Shown: positions 9,911 through 18,440 of the stretch, one piece after another
Layout of the letters: every line of letters starts with the position of its first letter
How positions within the stretch are numbered: the stretch's first letter is position 1
Source: Kiritimatiellia bacterium
GTDB lineage: Bacteria; Verrucomicrobiota; Kiritimatiellia; JAAZAB01
NCBI GenBank assembly: GCA_040767085.1
Contig: JAXGPF010000008.1
Span: 160,001 to 224,000 of the forward strand
DNA length: 64,000 nt
Direction: 5' to 3'
The notes under the pieces: model-generated
Database searches by the model: none
The model's input: the letters and a program-made list of their open reading frames with translations, nothing else
Told to the model about the DNA's origin: nothing
Program-made: the position numbers and the translations under genes

Positions 9911-10372
9911 TCAATTGGTGCTGGCCGGCTGCAGGGGGATGTGCGTGATGTAGGCTTCGGCGGTATGCACCACGGCGGTAGTTGTGCCGTTGGTGGTCGT
10001 CCCGCCGGAGTTTTCGCTGGCGTTGTCCGAGAAATGGGACGCCACCGTGACCACCTGGACTTCCGGGGTGGCGGATGGCTGCGCCAGGCTGGTGTAATGC
10101 ACCTGGCTGCCCGCGTAGGTGTCCAGCCGGCCAATCTGGTTGTTCGAAAGCGACCACTGGTAACGGTAACCGCCGGAGGCGTTGAGCGTCACCGTCTGCC
10201 CGACTTGGTTGACATGCGCGGCGGAAGGATTGATGCTGATGGATGAATCGGCGGAGTCAACTTCACAGCCGGCGCCGGCCAGCAGCAACGCCGCCGCGCC
10301 GGCCAGCAGCAGCCCGCCGCGCCCGCCCGCCCGGCATACGATCGTTTGGCAAATTATGGATAGTCTATGCAT
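9911..10372 (-). CDS. Hypothetical lipoprotein with small Ig-like domain
   Basis: Hydrophobic stretch ending LAGAGC lipobox; beta-rich mature part (VTLNASGG, YQWSL). Confidence 0.6.
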   Translation of the reverse strand: MHRLSIICQTIVCRAGGRGGLLLAGAAALLLAGAGCEVDSADSSISINPSAAHVNQVGQTVTLNASGGYRYQWSLSNNQIGRLDTYAGSQVHYTSLAQPSATPEVQVVTVASHFSDNASENSGGTTTNGTTTAVVHTAEAYITHIPLQPASTN

Positions 10373-10472
10373 GGCGACGCAACTCCGTAGGGTTAACCCG
10401 CTGTCTTAACATAAAATCCCGTCGTGGATTCAGGTGATGGTTAACCCGGCAGTATAAATCGCGCGCCAGCCA

Positions 10473-10569
10473 AGTCAAACTTATTTTTAGCATATATTTT
10501 TAGCATATTCTCGCGAAAATATCATTGACAAACAACGGGAGGCAGCCTAGTTTAAAAAAAAGTTTGACT
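10473..10569. repeat. 17-bp imperfect inverted repeat enclosing a perfect 13-bp tandem repeat
   Basis: agtcaaacttattttta (10473-10489) vs taaaaaaaagtttgact (10553-10569), 16/17 complementary; atttttagcatat at 10483-10495 and 10496-10508. Confidence 0.8.
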
Positions 10570-10679
10570 GTTGAGCTGTGGACAAGACGGTGATTAATGC
10601 GGCCGCCTTGCTCGATGAACAACGGCTGATGGATATATACGATGGAACTTAGGCGTTCAAGGTCCAATCGGAGATTGCG

Positions 10680-12086
10680 ATGAGAGAACTTGGTTTCACA
10701 AGTTGGAGAACTCTGGTTGCAGTATGTTTGGTCGAGAGTTGCTTCTTCCTGCCGCATTCTTGTTTCGGCGGCGATGCGGGCGTTCTGATCCTGTCGGAAA
10801 AAGATGTTGATGGTTTGGAAAAGCAGGCTGAAGTAGCACGGAATTGTTTTAACTCAAACGCGTACGATGAGGCCATCACAATCTTGGGGAAACTTTCTGC
10901 CGATACAACGATCAGTCAACCCCTCTACCTCAATGAGTTGGGTGTTTGCTGCTTATTCGCGACACAGTATGCCAAGGCAAAGACTGCCTTTCTGCTCGCG
11001 GGCCGGTTAATGGAGACATTTGACCCGCGTTCTGAGAGAAAAGCGCTGAGCCTTTTTGGGGCCGAAGCACAGAAACTGTATCGTGGTGATCCTTACGAGA
11101 GGGCAATAAATTGCCTGTTTCTCGGCCTTTGTTTTCTCCGCGACAACGATGTGGATAACGCCCTTGCTTGCTTTAAAAATGGCATCCTGTTCGATTCGGA
11201 CGCGGCCGCGGATTCCTATAAGTCCGATTTTGCCCTTATCTATTGCCTCGAAGCCTTTTGTTACCGACTTCGAGGTCAGGATGACCTGGCGTCCCAGTCC
11301 GCCCAACAGGCTGAGGCGGCGCTGCTGACGGCCCACGCCATGTTTAGGCCGTTCGTTTTTCTCGACAATGTATTAACAGACGGGATGTCGAAGAACAAGG
11401 ACGAGGAAGAGAGGAAGATTATGCTGGGAATGCGCGATGAACTTCGTGAGAAGCGAAAACAGCTTGAATCGCGCTTCGACATGCGAGACATCCGGAAACT
11501 GGCGGATGGCCATTTCAACACTTTGCTTCTCATTGGCTGTGGCAACGCCCCGAAGAAACTCCGTTACGGCCAGTATGGCGAAAAGTTCAACATAGTTGAA
11601 CCAGACCGGGACGACAGCATTAGATTCGAAATAACGGATGAAAACGGCAATATCACGGACGCCGCGCGATACGTATGTGATGTCACCTATCAGGCCACCA
11701 CACGGGGCGGGCGCCAGATGGACAACGTTCTGGAGAGCAAGGCTTCGATAAAAAAACGAGCCGATGCAATGGCCGGCAGTCTGTGGAATGCCCAAAATTA
11801 TAACAACATATCTGACCCGCGTGCGCGCTTGATTGCAATGGGTGTGGGATTCGTTGCGGGTGGAATAAGCAAGGTTGTGAGTGCTTCGACGAAGGCTCAG
11901 GCCGACATTCGATGTTGGCAACTACTGCCGGGCGAGTTTCAAGTCGTGGGCATTAATCTCAAGCCTGGAATTCATCAACTCCAAGTGCGTGCCTTCCGCT
12001 CATATTTTCCGATAAGCGAAGCAAAAAGCGTTGCTGTGGACATCTCGCATGATCGAGCCCTGAACTTCTTTGTAGTGGCCCCATGA
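10680..12086 (+). CDS. TPR-containing exported protein (COG3014-like)
   Basis: Signal-like N-terminus, TPR helices (LYLNELGVCCL; YRGDPYERAINCLFLGLCFLRDNDVDNALACFKNG), ADIRCWQLLP near the C-terminus; lower GC than flanks. Confidence 0.7.
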   Translation: MRELGFTSWRTLVAVCLVESCFFLPHSCFGGDAGVLILSEKDVDGLEKQAEVARNCFNSNAYDEAITILGKLSADTTISQPLYLNELGVCCLFATQYAKAKTAFLLAGRLMETFDPRSERKALSLFGAEAQKLYRGDPYERAINCLFLGLCFLRDNDVDNALACFKNGILFDSDAAADSYKSDFALIYCLEAFCYRLRGQDDLASQSAQQAEAALLTAHAMFRPFVFLDNVLTDGMSKNKDEEERKIMLGMRDELREKRKQLESRFDMRDIRKLADGHFNTLLLIGCGNAPKKLRYGQYGEKFNIVEPDRDDSIRFEITDENGNITDAARYVCDVTYQATTRGGRQMDNVLESKASIKKRADAMAGSLWNAQNYNNISDPRARLIAMGVGFVAGGISKVVSASTKAQADIRCWQLLPGEFQVVGINLKPGIHQLQVRAFRSYFPISEAKSVAVDISHDRALNFFVVAP

Positions 12087-12100
12087 TCGAGAGAGGGGAT

Positions 12101-13240
12101 ATGAGTCGCTGTTTAGCCTGCCGCGCGCTTCTGGTCTTTACATCTCTTGTGGGGTGCATGCTTTGTTCTTGCGCTACGAAACAAGCGTCAAAGCGCTATG
12201 TCATAGATACCTCCCGCATGACTCTCCCCGAGATACCTTCCTACAAACAAGCCCGTTTGCATTCTGAGGAAGGGGGCTGTGTGTTCGCGGTAGTGCCGGA
12301 CCCAAAGAATGACTTCCAGAGAATAATGAAAGAATGGCGCGAGAATTCAGATTTAGATGTGCATGATCCGGATTGGGAGGCTAAGCTAAAAGAGAAAATA
12401 AATGTTCATTTAGACAAAGCGAAGACGGTCGGATTAAATAAAGCAGTTGCGAAGTTCATCGCGATAGAACTTGCCGAGGCCGGAATTGCTTGCTTGACAA
12501 ACGCCACCCCCGAGGAGGAGATTCAAATATTCTTCTCGTCAATGTCACAAACGACATACGAGGCACTAAAGAAACATAATCCGCGCTGGTCTGAAGTTGC
12601 GTACGATCGCCAACAGAAGGGAGAAGTGACTCTCTCCGATATTATGGGCGCAGTTCCGTCAATCGTGAATACGCGCAATCCTATCTCTTCCGTGACTTCG
12701 TTCTCTCATGTTCAGCGGATGTTGCCAACTAGATTGTTTGTTGTTCGGTATATGGGTAATAGGGAAGTCGGGGATGCAACAAGCGTAGGCCGGGATGTTC
12801 GTTTGGCGATTGATGTCTACGAACCGAGGACGTGCGTTATGCTCGGCACATGCGAGGTGTGGGGGCGGTCATTGGTTGACAAGGAGAAGGCATATTCTTA
12901 TCTGGACGATTACGTACGGAAGTACTTCGATCGGCAAGCTATTGAGAGACAGGCACAGGAGATCGCGGACAACACGCCATTGTTCACGCTCGCTGATGTG
13001 GAGATGCTTGTTAACCCGTTCAGTTACATAATTCCGAGATGCGCCAAACACCTTCCCTTCGGCAGGAGGACGAGGATTAAGAATGAACACATTCGCATGA
13101 TGGTGAAGGTCAAAGAAGAGAACATACCATCTCATTTAGGGGATTACTTGAACGGAATGGCATGTCAGGTCGCGGTGTCAAACTTAATGTGCTCGGATCA
13201 ATTCAGTGAATTTGTCTTGTCTGCAAATACTGAAAGGTAG
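12101..13240 (+). CDS. Hypothetical lipoprotein, paralogue copy 1
   Basis: GAGGGG RBS, lipobox-like LCSC, 379-aa ORF with a close paralogue downstream. Confidence 0.75.
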   Translation: MSRCLACRALLVFTSLVGCMLCSCATKQASKRYVIDTSRMTLPEIPSYKQARLHSEEGGCVFAVVPDPKNDFQRIMKEWRENSDLDVHDPDWEAKLKEKINVHLDKAKTVGLNKAVAKFIAIELAEAGIACLTNATPEEEIQIFFSSMSQTTYEALKKHNPRWSEVAYDRQQKGEVTLSDIMGAVPSIVNTRNPISSVTSFSHVQRMLPTRLFVVRYMGNREVGDATSVGRDVRLAIDVYEPRTCVMLGTCEVWGRSLVDKEKAYSYLDDYVRKYFDRQAIERQAQEIADNTPLFTLADVEMLVNPFSYIIPRCAKHLPFGRRTRIKNEHIRMMVKVKEENIPSHLGDYLNGMACQVAVSNLMCSDQFSEFVLSANTER

Positions 13241-13269
13241 GGGATGGATCGGTCAAAGGGGGAAGGTCA

Positions 13270-13358
13270 CGCTCATATTTTCCGATAAGCGAAGCAAAAG
13301 CGTTGCTGTGGACATCTCGCATGATCGAGCCCTGAACTTCTATGTAGTGGCCCCATGA
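13270..13358 (+). pseudogene. Duplicated 3' fragment of the TPR gene
   Basis: Copy of 11997-12086 with a 1-bp deletion in an A run and no start codon. Confidence 0.85.
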
Positions 13359-13374
13359 TTGAGGGAGAGGGGAT

Positions 13375-14541
13375 ATGAGTCGCTGTTTAGCCTGTCGCGC
13401 GCTTCTGGTCTTTACATCTCTTGTGGGGGGGTGCATGCTTTGTTCTTGCACTACGACACAAGCGTCAAAGCGCTATGTCATAGATACCTCCCGCATGACT
13501 CTCCCCGAGATACCTTCCTACAAACAAGCCCGTTTGCATTCTGAGGAAGAGGGTTGTGTGTGCGCGGTAGTGCCGGACCCAAAGAATGACTTCCAGAGAA
13601 TAATGAAAGAATGGCGCGAGAATTCAGATGTAGATGTTCATGATCCGGATTGGAAGGCTAAGCTAAAAGAACGGCAAGAGAAACAAAATGTTCATTTAGA
13701 CAAAATGAAGACGGTCGGGAATAATCAAGGACTCGCGAAGTTAATCGCGAAAGAACTTGCCGAGGCCGGAATTGCTTGCTTGACAAACGCCACCCCCGAG
13801 GAGGAAATTCAAATATTCTTCTCGTCAATGTTACAAACGACATACGAGACACTGAAGAAACATAATCCGCGCTGGTCTGAAGTTGCGTACGATCGCCAAC
13901 AGAAGGGAGAGGTGACCCTCAGCGAGGTTCTAGCAGCAGTACCGACATTATATAATGAGAAAAACATGATATCCTTTATGACTTCATTTTCTCATTATCA
14001 GCGGATGTTGCCGAATAGATTGTTTGTTGTTCGGTATATGGGTAATAGAGAAGTCGGGGATGCAACAAGAGTAGGCCGGGATGTTCGCGTTGCGATAGAT
14101 GTCTACGAACCGAGGACGTGTGTTATGCTCGGCACATGCGAGGTGTGGGGGCGGTCATTGGTTGACAAGGAGAAGGCAAATGCATATCTGGACGATCAAG
14201 TGCGGAAGGACTATGATCTGCAAACAATTGAAAGACGGGCCCAGGAGTTGGCGGACGCCATGCCGTTGTTCGCGATCTGGGATGTGTTATACTTTATTAA
14301 CCTTGTTAATCCGCTAGCGCACATCATTAGGCCGGGCTTTGCCAAAGAAGATCTTCCCTTCGGCAGGAGGACGAGGATCAAGAATGAACACATTCAACGT
14401 GAATTAGAGATCAAAGAGAAGCTCAAGCCAGGATATTTGGACCGTTACTTGCACTCTATGGCATGTCAGGTCGCGGTATCAAACTTAATGTGCTCGGATC
14501 AATTCGGTGAATTTGTCTTGTCTGCAAATACTGAGATGTAG
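13375..14541 (+). CDS. Hypothetical lipoprotein, paralogue copy 2
   Basis: Same RBS and signal (LCSC) as 12101-13240; 388-aa intact ORF. Confidence 0.75.
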   Translation: MSRCLACRALLVFTSLVGGCMLCSCTTTQASKRYVIDTSRMTLPEIPSYKQARLHSEEEGCVCAVVPDPKNDFQRIMKEWRENSDVDVHDPDWKAKLKERQEKQNVHLDKMKTVGNNQGLAKLIAKELAEAGIACLTNATPEEEIQIFFSSMLQTTYETLKKHNPRWSEVAYDRQQKGEVTLSEVLAAVPTLYNEKNMISFMTSFSHYQRMLPNRLFVVRYMGNREVGDATRVGRDVRVAIDVYEPRTCVMLGTCEVWGRSLVDKEKANAYLDDQVRKDYDLQTIERRAQELADAMPLFAIWDVLYFINLVNPLAHIIRPGFAKEDLPFGRRTRIKNEHIQRELEIKEKLKPGYLDRYLHSMACQVAVSNLMCSDQFGEFVLSANTEM

Positions 14542-14780
14542 GGACGCTGTTGCGATTCTGGCCGCGCATTCGTTTCTTCTCCGCCTGGGGTCATTCTTAT
14601 GGTATGGAAGTCAAGCATGAGGTGGTCAAGATATCCCCGCCATTACAATATGATTGCGAAAAATGTGCTTGTGCCCATTGCTTTTTTATGTTAAAAAATA
14701 CATACACATACATTATTTTGTCTGTTACTACACTACACCCTGGTGCGATGGCTCGCGGAAACTGAAGGAGGACTCGTAGC

Positions 14781-15941
14781 ATGAAGAGACAAGATGCGTG
14801 TCTGAAGGAAAGCCCAGTCCTGACGGCTTGGGCCTTTCTGCTGGCTCTGCCCCTGCTGTTGCTCGCAAACGGTTGCGCGACTCCTTCGGGGGGCTTGTCG
14901 AAGACGACGGTGCTGCAGCCGGATCAGGAAGACAACATCGGCGGCAGTTTCATCGAAAGCAGCGACATCAGGACCATCGCGTCCCGGATGACGCCGGCGT
15001 TGCTGTCCGTGCCCGCGATCTCGCAGAATGGGGGCGCCGTCCGAATCGCCTTGGCCCCGATACGGAACTCGTCGCGGTACATCATTGACAAGGACATCTT
15101 CGCCAAGCGTCTGCGCCTGGAACTGAACCGCGTCTCCGAGGGACGAATCGTATTCTTCTCCCAAGGCATGGGTCAGGAGGTTAGAGAACAGGTTCTGACG
15201 GAACGGCAGGAAGACGAGTGGGACAGTCTCATTGATCAGGCTGCCGCCGCGCTCCTGGCGTCTTCCGTGGCGACGGGCAGCGCTCAACCCCTGCGGGTGG
15301 CCGTCATGCCGGTCAAGAACACGAACCTGACCGGCGTGAATGCGGATAGCTTCACGAGCCTCCTTCGCGCCAAGGTTGCGGAGAAGGCCAACGGCAAGAT
15401 CGTATTCCTCTCCCGAGAAGCCAACGGGAAAGTCACGGAACAAATCCTCGACGAGAAAGACGTGAAGGACCAGGGGTTGGTCAGCCGCGGAGGGGCGAAG
15501 CAGCTCTTCGGCGTGGATTATTTCCTGACGGGGGAGTTCATCGCCAAGAGCGTTATGCGCGAAGGGGCCGCCGATGTGGTGGAAGCAAAGGTCGGGAGGT
15601 CGGCGGATGATCCCGGCGTTGTAGAGGGGAACGTCACCCAGTCGCGGAAGAATCCGAACGTCACGAAGTATCTGAACATCAAGCTCGTGGACGCCGAGAC
15701 CGCTGCCGTCCCCTTTGAGAAACTCCTGAAGGTGGAAAGCAAGATCGCCTCCGGCGTCGGACGCGCCGACTTCATCCTGACCGGCGAACTCAGCGCCTTG
15801 AGCAAGGCGGCGGAAGGCGGCGACCGCTCGGATTACATCCTGATGAGTTTCCAGCTGGTTGACCCGGTTTCCAACGAAATGGTGTGGGAAGATGCTTACG
15901 AAACGAAGAAGAAGACCAATGTTGGGGTCGTCTACAAGTGA
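14781..15941 (+). CDS. LpoB/CsgG-like lipoprotein with two nested domains
   Basis: AAGGAGG RBS, LANGC lipobox, motifs RIALAPIRN/RVAVMPVKN, DYFLTGE/DFILTGE and FQLVDPVSNEMVWE. Confidence 0.7.
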   Translation: MKRQDACLKESPVLTAWAFLLALPLLLLANGCATPSGGLSKTTVLQPDQEDNIGGSFIESSDIRTIASRMTPALLSVPAISQNGGAVRIALAPIRNSSRYIIDKDIFAKRLRLELNRVSEGRIVFFSQGMGQEVREQVLTERQEDEWDSLIDQAAAALLASSVATGSAQPLRVAVMPVKNTNLTGVNADSFTSLLRAKVAEKANGKIVFLSREANGKVTEQILDEKDVKDQGLVSRGGAKQLFGVDYFLTGEFIAKSVMREGAADVVEAKVGRSADDPGVVEGNVTQSRKNPNVTKYLNIKLVDAETAAVPFEKLLKVESKIASGVGRADFILTGELSALSKAAEGGDRSDYILMSFQLVDPVSNEMVWEDAYETKKKTNVGVVYK

Positions 15942-15964
15942 TTACGGCAGGAAGGAGGCATGAC

Positions 15965-16441
15965 ATGAAAAGATATCTGACCGTTCTGGGCTTGGTCATC
16001 GCAACGGCGCTTTCTGGATGCAAGAGCGTTTACAACGTGCGCCGCGCCGCGCCGGACGAAGTAAGCCAGGAGGGCACGGTTGTTTTCGTTCGCCCGACCG
16101 ATTATACGCTGTTCGGCACGAAGTCCATGCGTGACTACCTGGAAATCGTGAACGAGCGCGCCTCCAAGAACGACGCCGGATTGCTTCAAGTTCAAGTCGG
16201 CTTTCGCAATCGCGGCGGCCGTCACTTGTGGGACACCAAGGGTCCCAACATCTCGCTGTCCGTGAAGACGGCGTTCTATGATCAGCCGTTTGTTTCAGAT
16301 GGACAGAAGGATATACCGGTCTACGAAACGAACTGGGAAACGCTGCCCATGCCGCGCGGCGATACGGTCGAGTACAAGGCGGTTTGCCCGAAGCCGTCCG
16401 GGGCATACTACCAGGTCACGGTTTCGGAAATCCTCAAGTAG
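15965..16441 (+). CDS. YcfL/DUF1425-like lipoprotein
   Basis: AGGAGG RBS, LSGC lipobox, GLLQVQVGFRN...FYD...NWETLPMPRG...CPKPSGAYYQV pattern; adjacent to the LpoB-like gene. Confidence 0.6.
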   Translation: MKRYLTVLGLVIATALSGCKSVYNVRRAAPDEVSQEGTVVFVRPTDYTLFGTKSMRDYLEIVNERASKNDAGLLQVQVGFRNRGGRHLWDTKGPNISLSVKTAFYDQPFVSDGQKDIPVYETNWETLPMPRGDTVEYKAVCPKPSGAYYQVTVSEILK

Positions 16442-16456
16442 ACGGGAGGCGCGCGC

Positions 16457-17359
16457 ATGAATTGTTCCCGGTCATTCCGAAGTCGAATGTGGTGCGGCCT
16501 TGCCGCCGGCATGGTCGCTTGCGGCGTCGCCGGCCAACTGCTGGCGGAAGACGCTGCCTCGCCTCTCAGCCAGCCGGTTCTTCGGCATAGGGTCGCAGTC
16601 GTAGCGTTGCCGCCGAGCGCCGGTTTGACCAATCAAGCCAACACCATCCTGGTCAAGTCGGAAGCGTGGCAGGCATTGCTCTTGAACGAGGGCGTAAAGA
16701 TAACCCCGGACGAGTGGGCAACGGCGGTTGACCTGACGAAAGCGGCATTGGGCGAGTCCGACGCCTTCCGGGTGGTCGAAATGCCGGGGACGAGTGACGC
16801 CGCCGAAAACGCGCCGGGCTTCGTGCTCCTGGCGAGATATGGCGTTGGACTGAACGGCACTCGCGTCTTTTTCCGCCTTGTCGAGGCCAAGTCCGGCACG
16901 TTGCTGGCCAGCGCCGACGCGACGGGTACGGCCATGAAGATGGCCATCGAAAAGGCATTGTCGAAAATCCAGAACGAAGCGGCCCTGATGCCTTGGCGCT
17001 GTCATGTGGTTGGCGTCAATGGCGACCTGATGGTGATTGACCGGGGCCGGCTCGACGGCATTCGCGCCGGCCAGGAATTCATTGGCTACTCGCTCGACAA
17101 GGCCGCCACAAACGCGACGGCCCTGCCGGATGAGCAACGCATCATGCAGTACGGCAAGCGGACGGGAACCTACAAGGTGGTTGAGGAAGGGCAGTTGTTT
17201 TCCAAGGCACAGGCAACGGAAAACGCGGTTGCGCTGAAAGCCGGAGACATCCTGGAACTGCCCGAAATCCGCATGAAAGACCGTGGCAGAGAGTCGCGGG
17301 GGAAGCGGGTCTGGGACGGAATCTACCAACACGGCGAAAGCGAGAGAGGATCGAAATAA
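16457..17359 (+). CDS. Exported protein with CsgG/TolB-N-like domain and FlgT-C-like domain
   Basis: Signal peptide; RLVEAKSGTLLAS; VVGVNGDLMVIDRGRLDGIRAGQEF resembles the FlgT C-terminal domain. Confidence 0.5.
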   Translation: MNCSRSFRSRMWCGLAAGMVACGVAGQLLAEDAASPLSQPVLRHRVAVVALPPSAGLTNQANTILVKSEAWQALLLNEGVKITPDEWATAVDLTKAALGESDAFRVVEMPGTSDAAENAPGFVLLARYGVGLNGTRVFFRLVEAKSGTLLASADATGTAMKMAIEKALSKIQNEAALMPWRCHVVGVNGDLMVIDRGRLDGIRAGQEFIGYSLDKAATNATALPDEQRIMQYGKRTGTYKVVEEGQLFSKAQATENAVALKAGDILELPEIRMKDRGRESRGKRVWDGIYQHGESERGSK

Positions 17360-17700
17360 TGGCAAGAAAAATGTCTTTGCCCCGCAGATTCATCATCGCG
17401 GCATTCGCTTTGCATGCATGCTCTGCCGTACTTGCAGGGGAAAACTCTGCAAAACAAGAGAGATTTGAGCGGCTTTCTGCGAGTCAGGTCGACGCCATGG
17501 AGCGCGAAGCCGAACAAGGTCGTATGAAAAGTATTGGCGAGGTCGACGTTTGGGGCCGAGGTATAGCCACGAATGCGCCGAACCGCCGGATAGATATGTC
17601 GAAGATAGTGAGGCCGCAGGCTCGAAGGGAGGCGTTGTCAGCGGCTGTGCTCAATACTGTCTCAAGTCCAGACTTCCGGAACATCGTTGAAGGGCGATGA
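17359..17700 (+). CDS. Small hypothetical exported protein
   Basis: Start overlaps upstream stop (TAATG), GAGGA RBS, signal-like N-terminus. Confidence 0.45.
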   Translation: MARKMSLPRRFIIAAFALHACSAVLAGENSAKQERFERLSASQVDAMEREAEQGRMKSIGEVDVWGRGIATNAPNRRIDMSKIVRPQARREALSAAVLNTVSSPDFRNIVEGR

Positions 17701-17750
17701 TGGCGGAGTCAATATAGACACAACGAAGGAGTTCGTGGGAGGAACGCAGA

Positions 17751-18284
17751 ATGAAGAGAATCTTATTCGGAATGGTGGTGTTATTGGCATTTGCTGCGGT
17801 GTCGGCGCACGCGCAAGAGGTCAAGTTCGCGCGTCTCGGTCCGGCCATCGGCATGACGGCCGGCGGCGATGTGGACAACGCTTTCGCGTTTGGTCTCCAG
17901 GGCGAGGTTGACTTCGGCGGGCATTTCGGCGTCGAGTTGTCCTACATGCGTTTCGACAATCAGAACGACGTGGACGGCGTCTCGCTCGACATGCACCAAG
18001 ATACCATTGGCCTGTCCGCCATTGCCAGGAAGAGCCTCCTGGAAGATGTGTCCGGCTACCTCCTCGGCGGTCTGAACTACAACCTGATCAACGGTGGGCC
18101 GGACGTGGACGACGAAGTCGGGATCCACCTCGGCGTCGGTTTCAACATGAAGACCGGGGATTTCACGGAACTCTGCCTTGAGTACCGCTACACTTTCCTC
18201 GACCTTTCCGGCGACCTCCCCGGTAAAGATTCATGGGATAGCGACTTCGGCCTGCTGAAACTTGGTCTGAACTTCCTGTTCTGA
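17751..18284 (+). CDS. Outer-membrane beta-barrel protein (OmpA/OmpW-like, 8-stranded)
   Basis: GGAGG RBS, AHA signal cleavage site, amphipathic strands, C-terminal LGLNFLF BAM motif. Confidence 0.85.
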   Translation: MKRILFGMVVLLAFAAVSAHAQEVKFARLGPAIGMTAGGDVDNAFAFGLQGEVDFGGHFGVELSYMRFDNQNDVDGVSLDMHQDTIGLSAIARKSLLEDVSGYLLGGLNYNLINGGPDVDDEVGIHLGVGFNMKTGDFTELCLEYRYTFLDLSGDLPGKDSWDSDFGLLKLGLNFLF

Positions 18285-18380
18285 CATCCAGTCTCACGGC
18301 CAAGCGGTCAGCCGCCGGCGCCCAGCAAGCAAGCTTTTATTGTGTCCTGCACCACATCGGAGGGCGAAGCTTTCGACGGC

Positions 18381-18415
18381 GGCCCGGCGGCCGTTGTAGT
18401 TGTGGCCGCCGGGCC
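18381..18415. terminator. GC-rich hairpin between convergent genes
   Basis: ggcccggcggcc / ggccgccgggcc 12-bp perfect stem; no clear U tract. Confidence 0.45.
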
Positions 18416-18440
18416 TTGCGCCTGAGGGCTGGCGGGACGT

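Larger units (their letters stand above)
11997..14545 (+). repeat. ~1.27-kb tandem duplication (unit starts 11997 and 13270)
   Basis: cgctcatattttccgataagcgaagcaaaa begins both units; near-identical blocks continue through both lipoprotein genes to their stop codons. Confidence 0.95.

Noticed and set aside
11997-14545. Diversity-generating retroelement template/variable repeat pair
   Set aside because: Differences are not adenine-specific, include indels and span whole genes; there is no reverse transcriptase in the window.
10473-18284. Prophage, ICE or integron cassette array
   Set aside because: No integrase, tRNA target, flanking direct repeats, phage genes or attC-like sites recognised.
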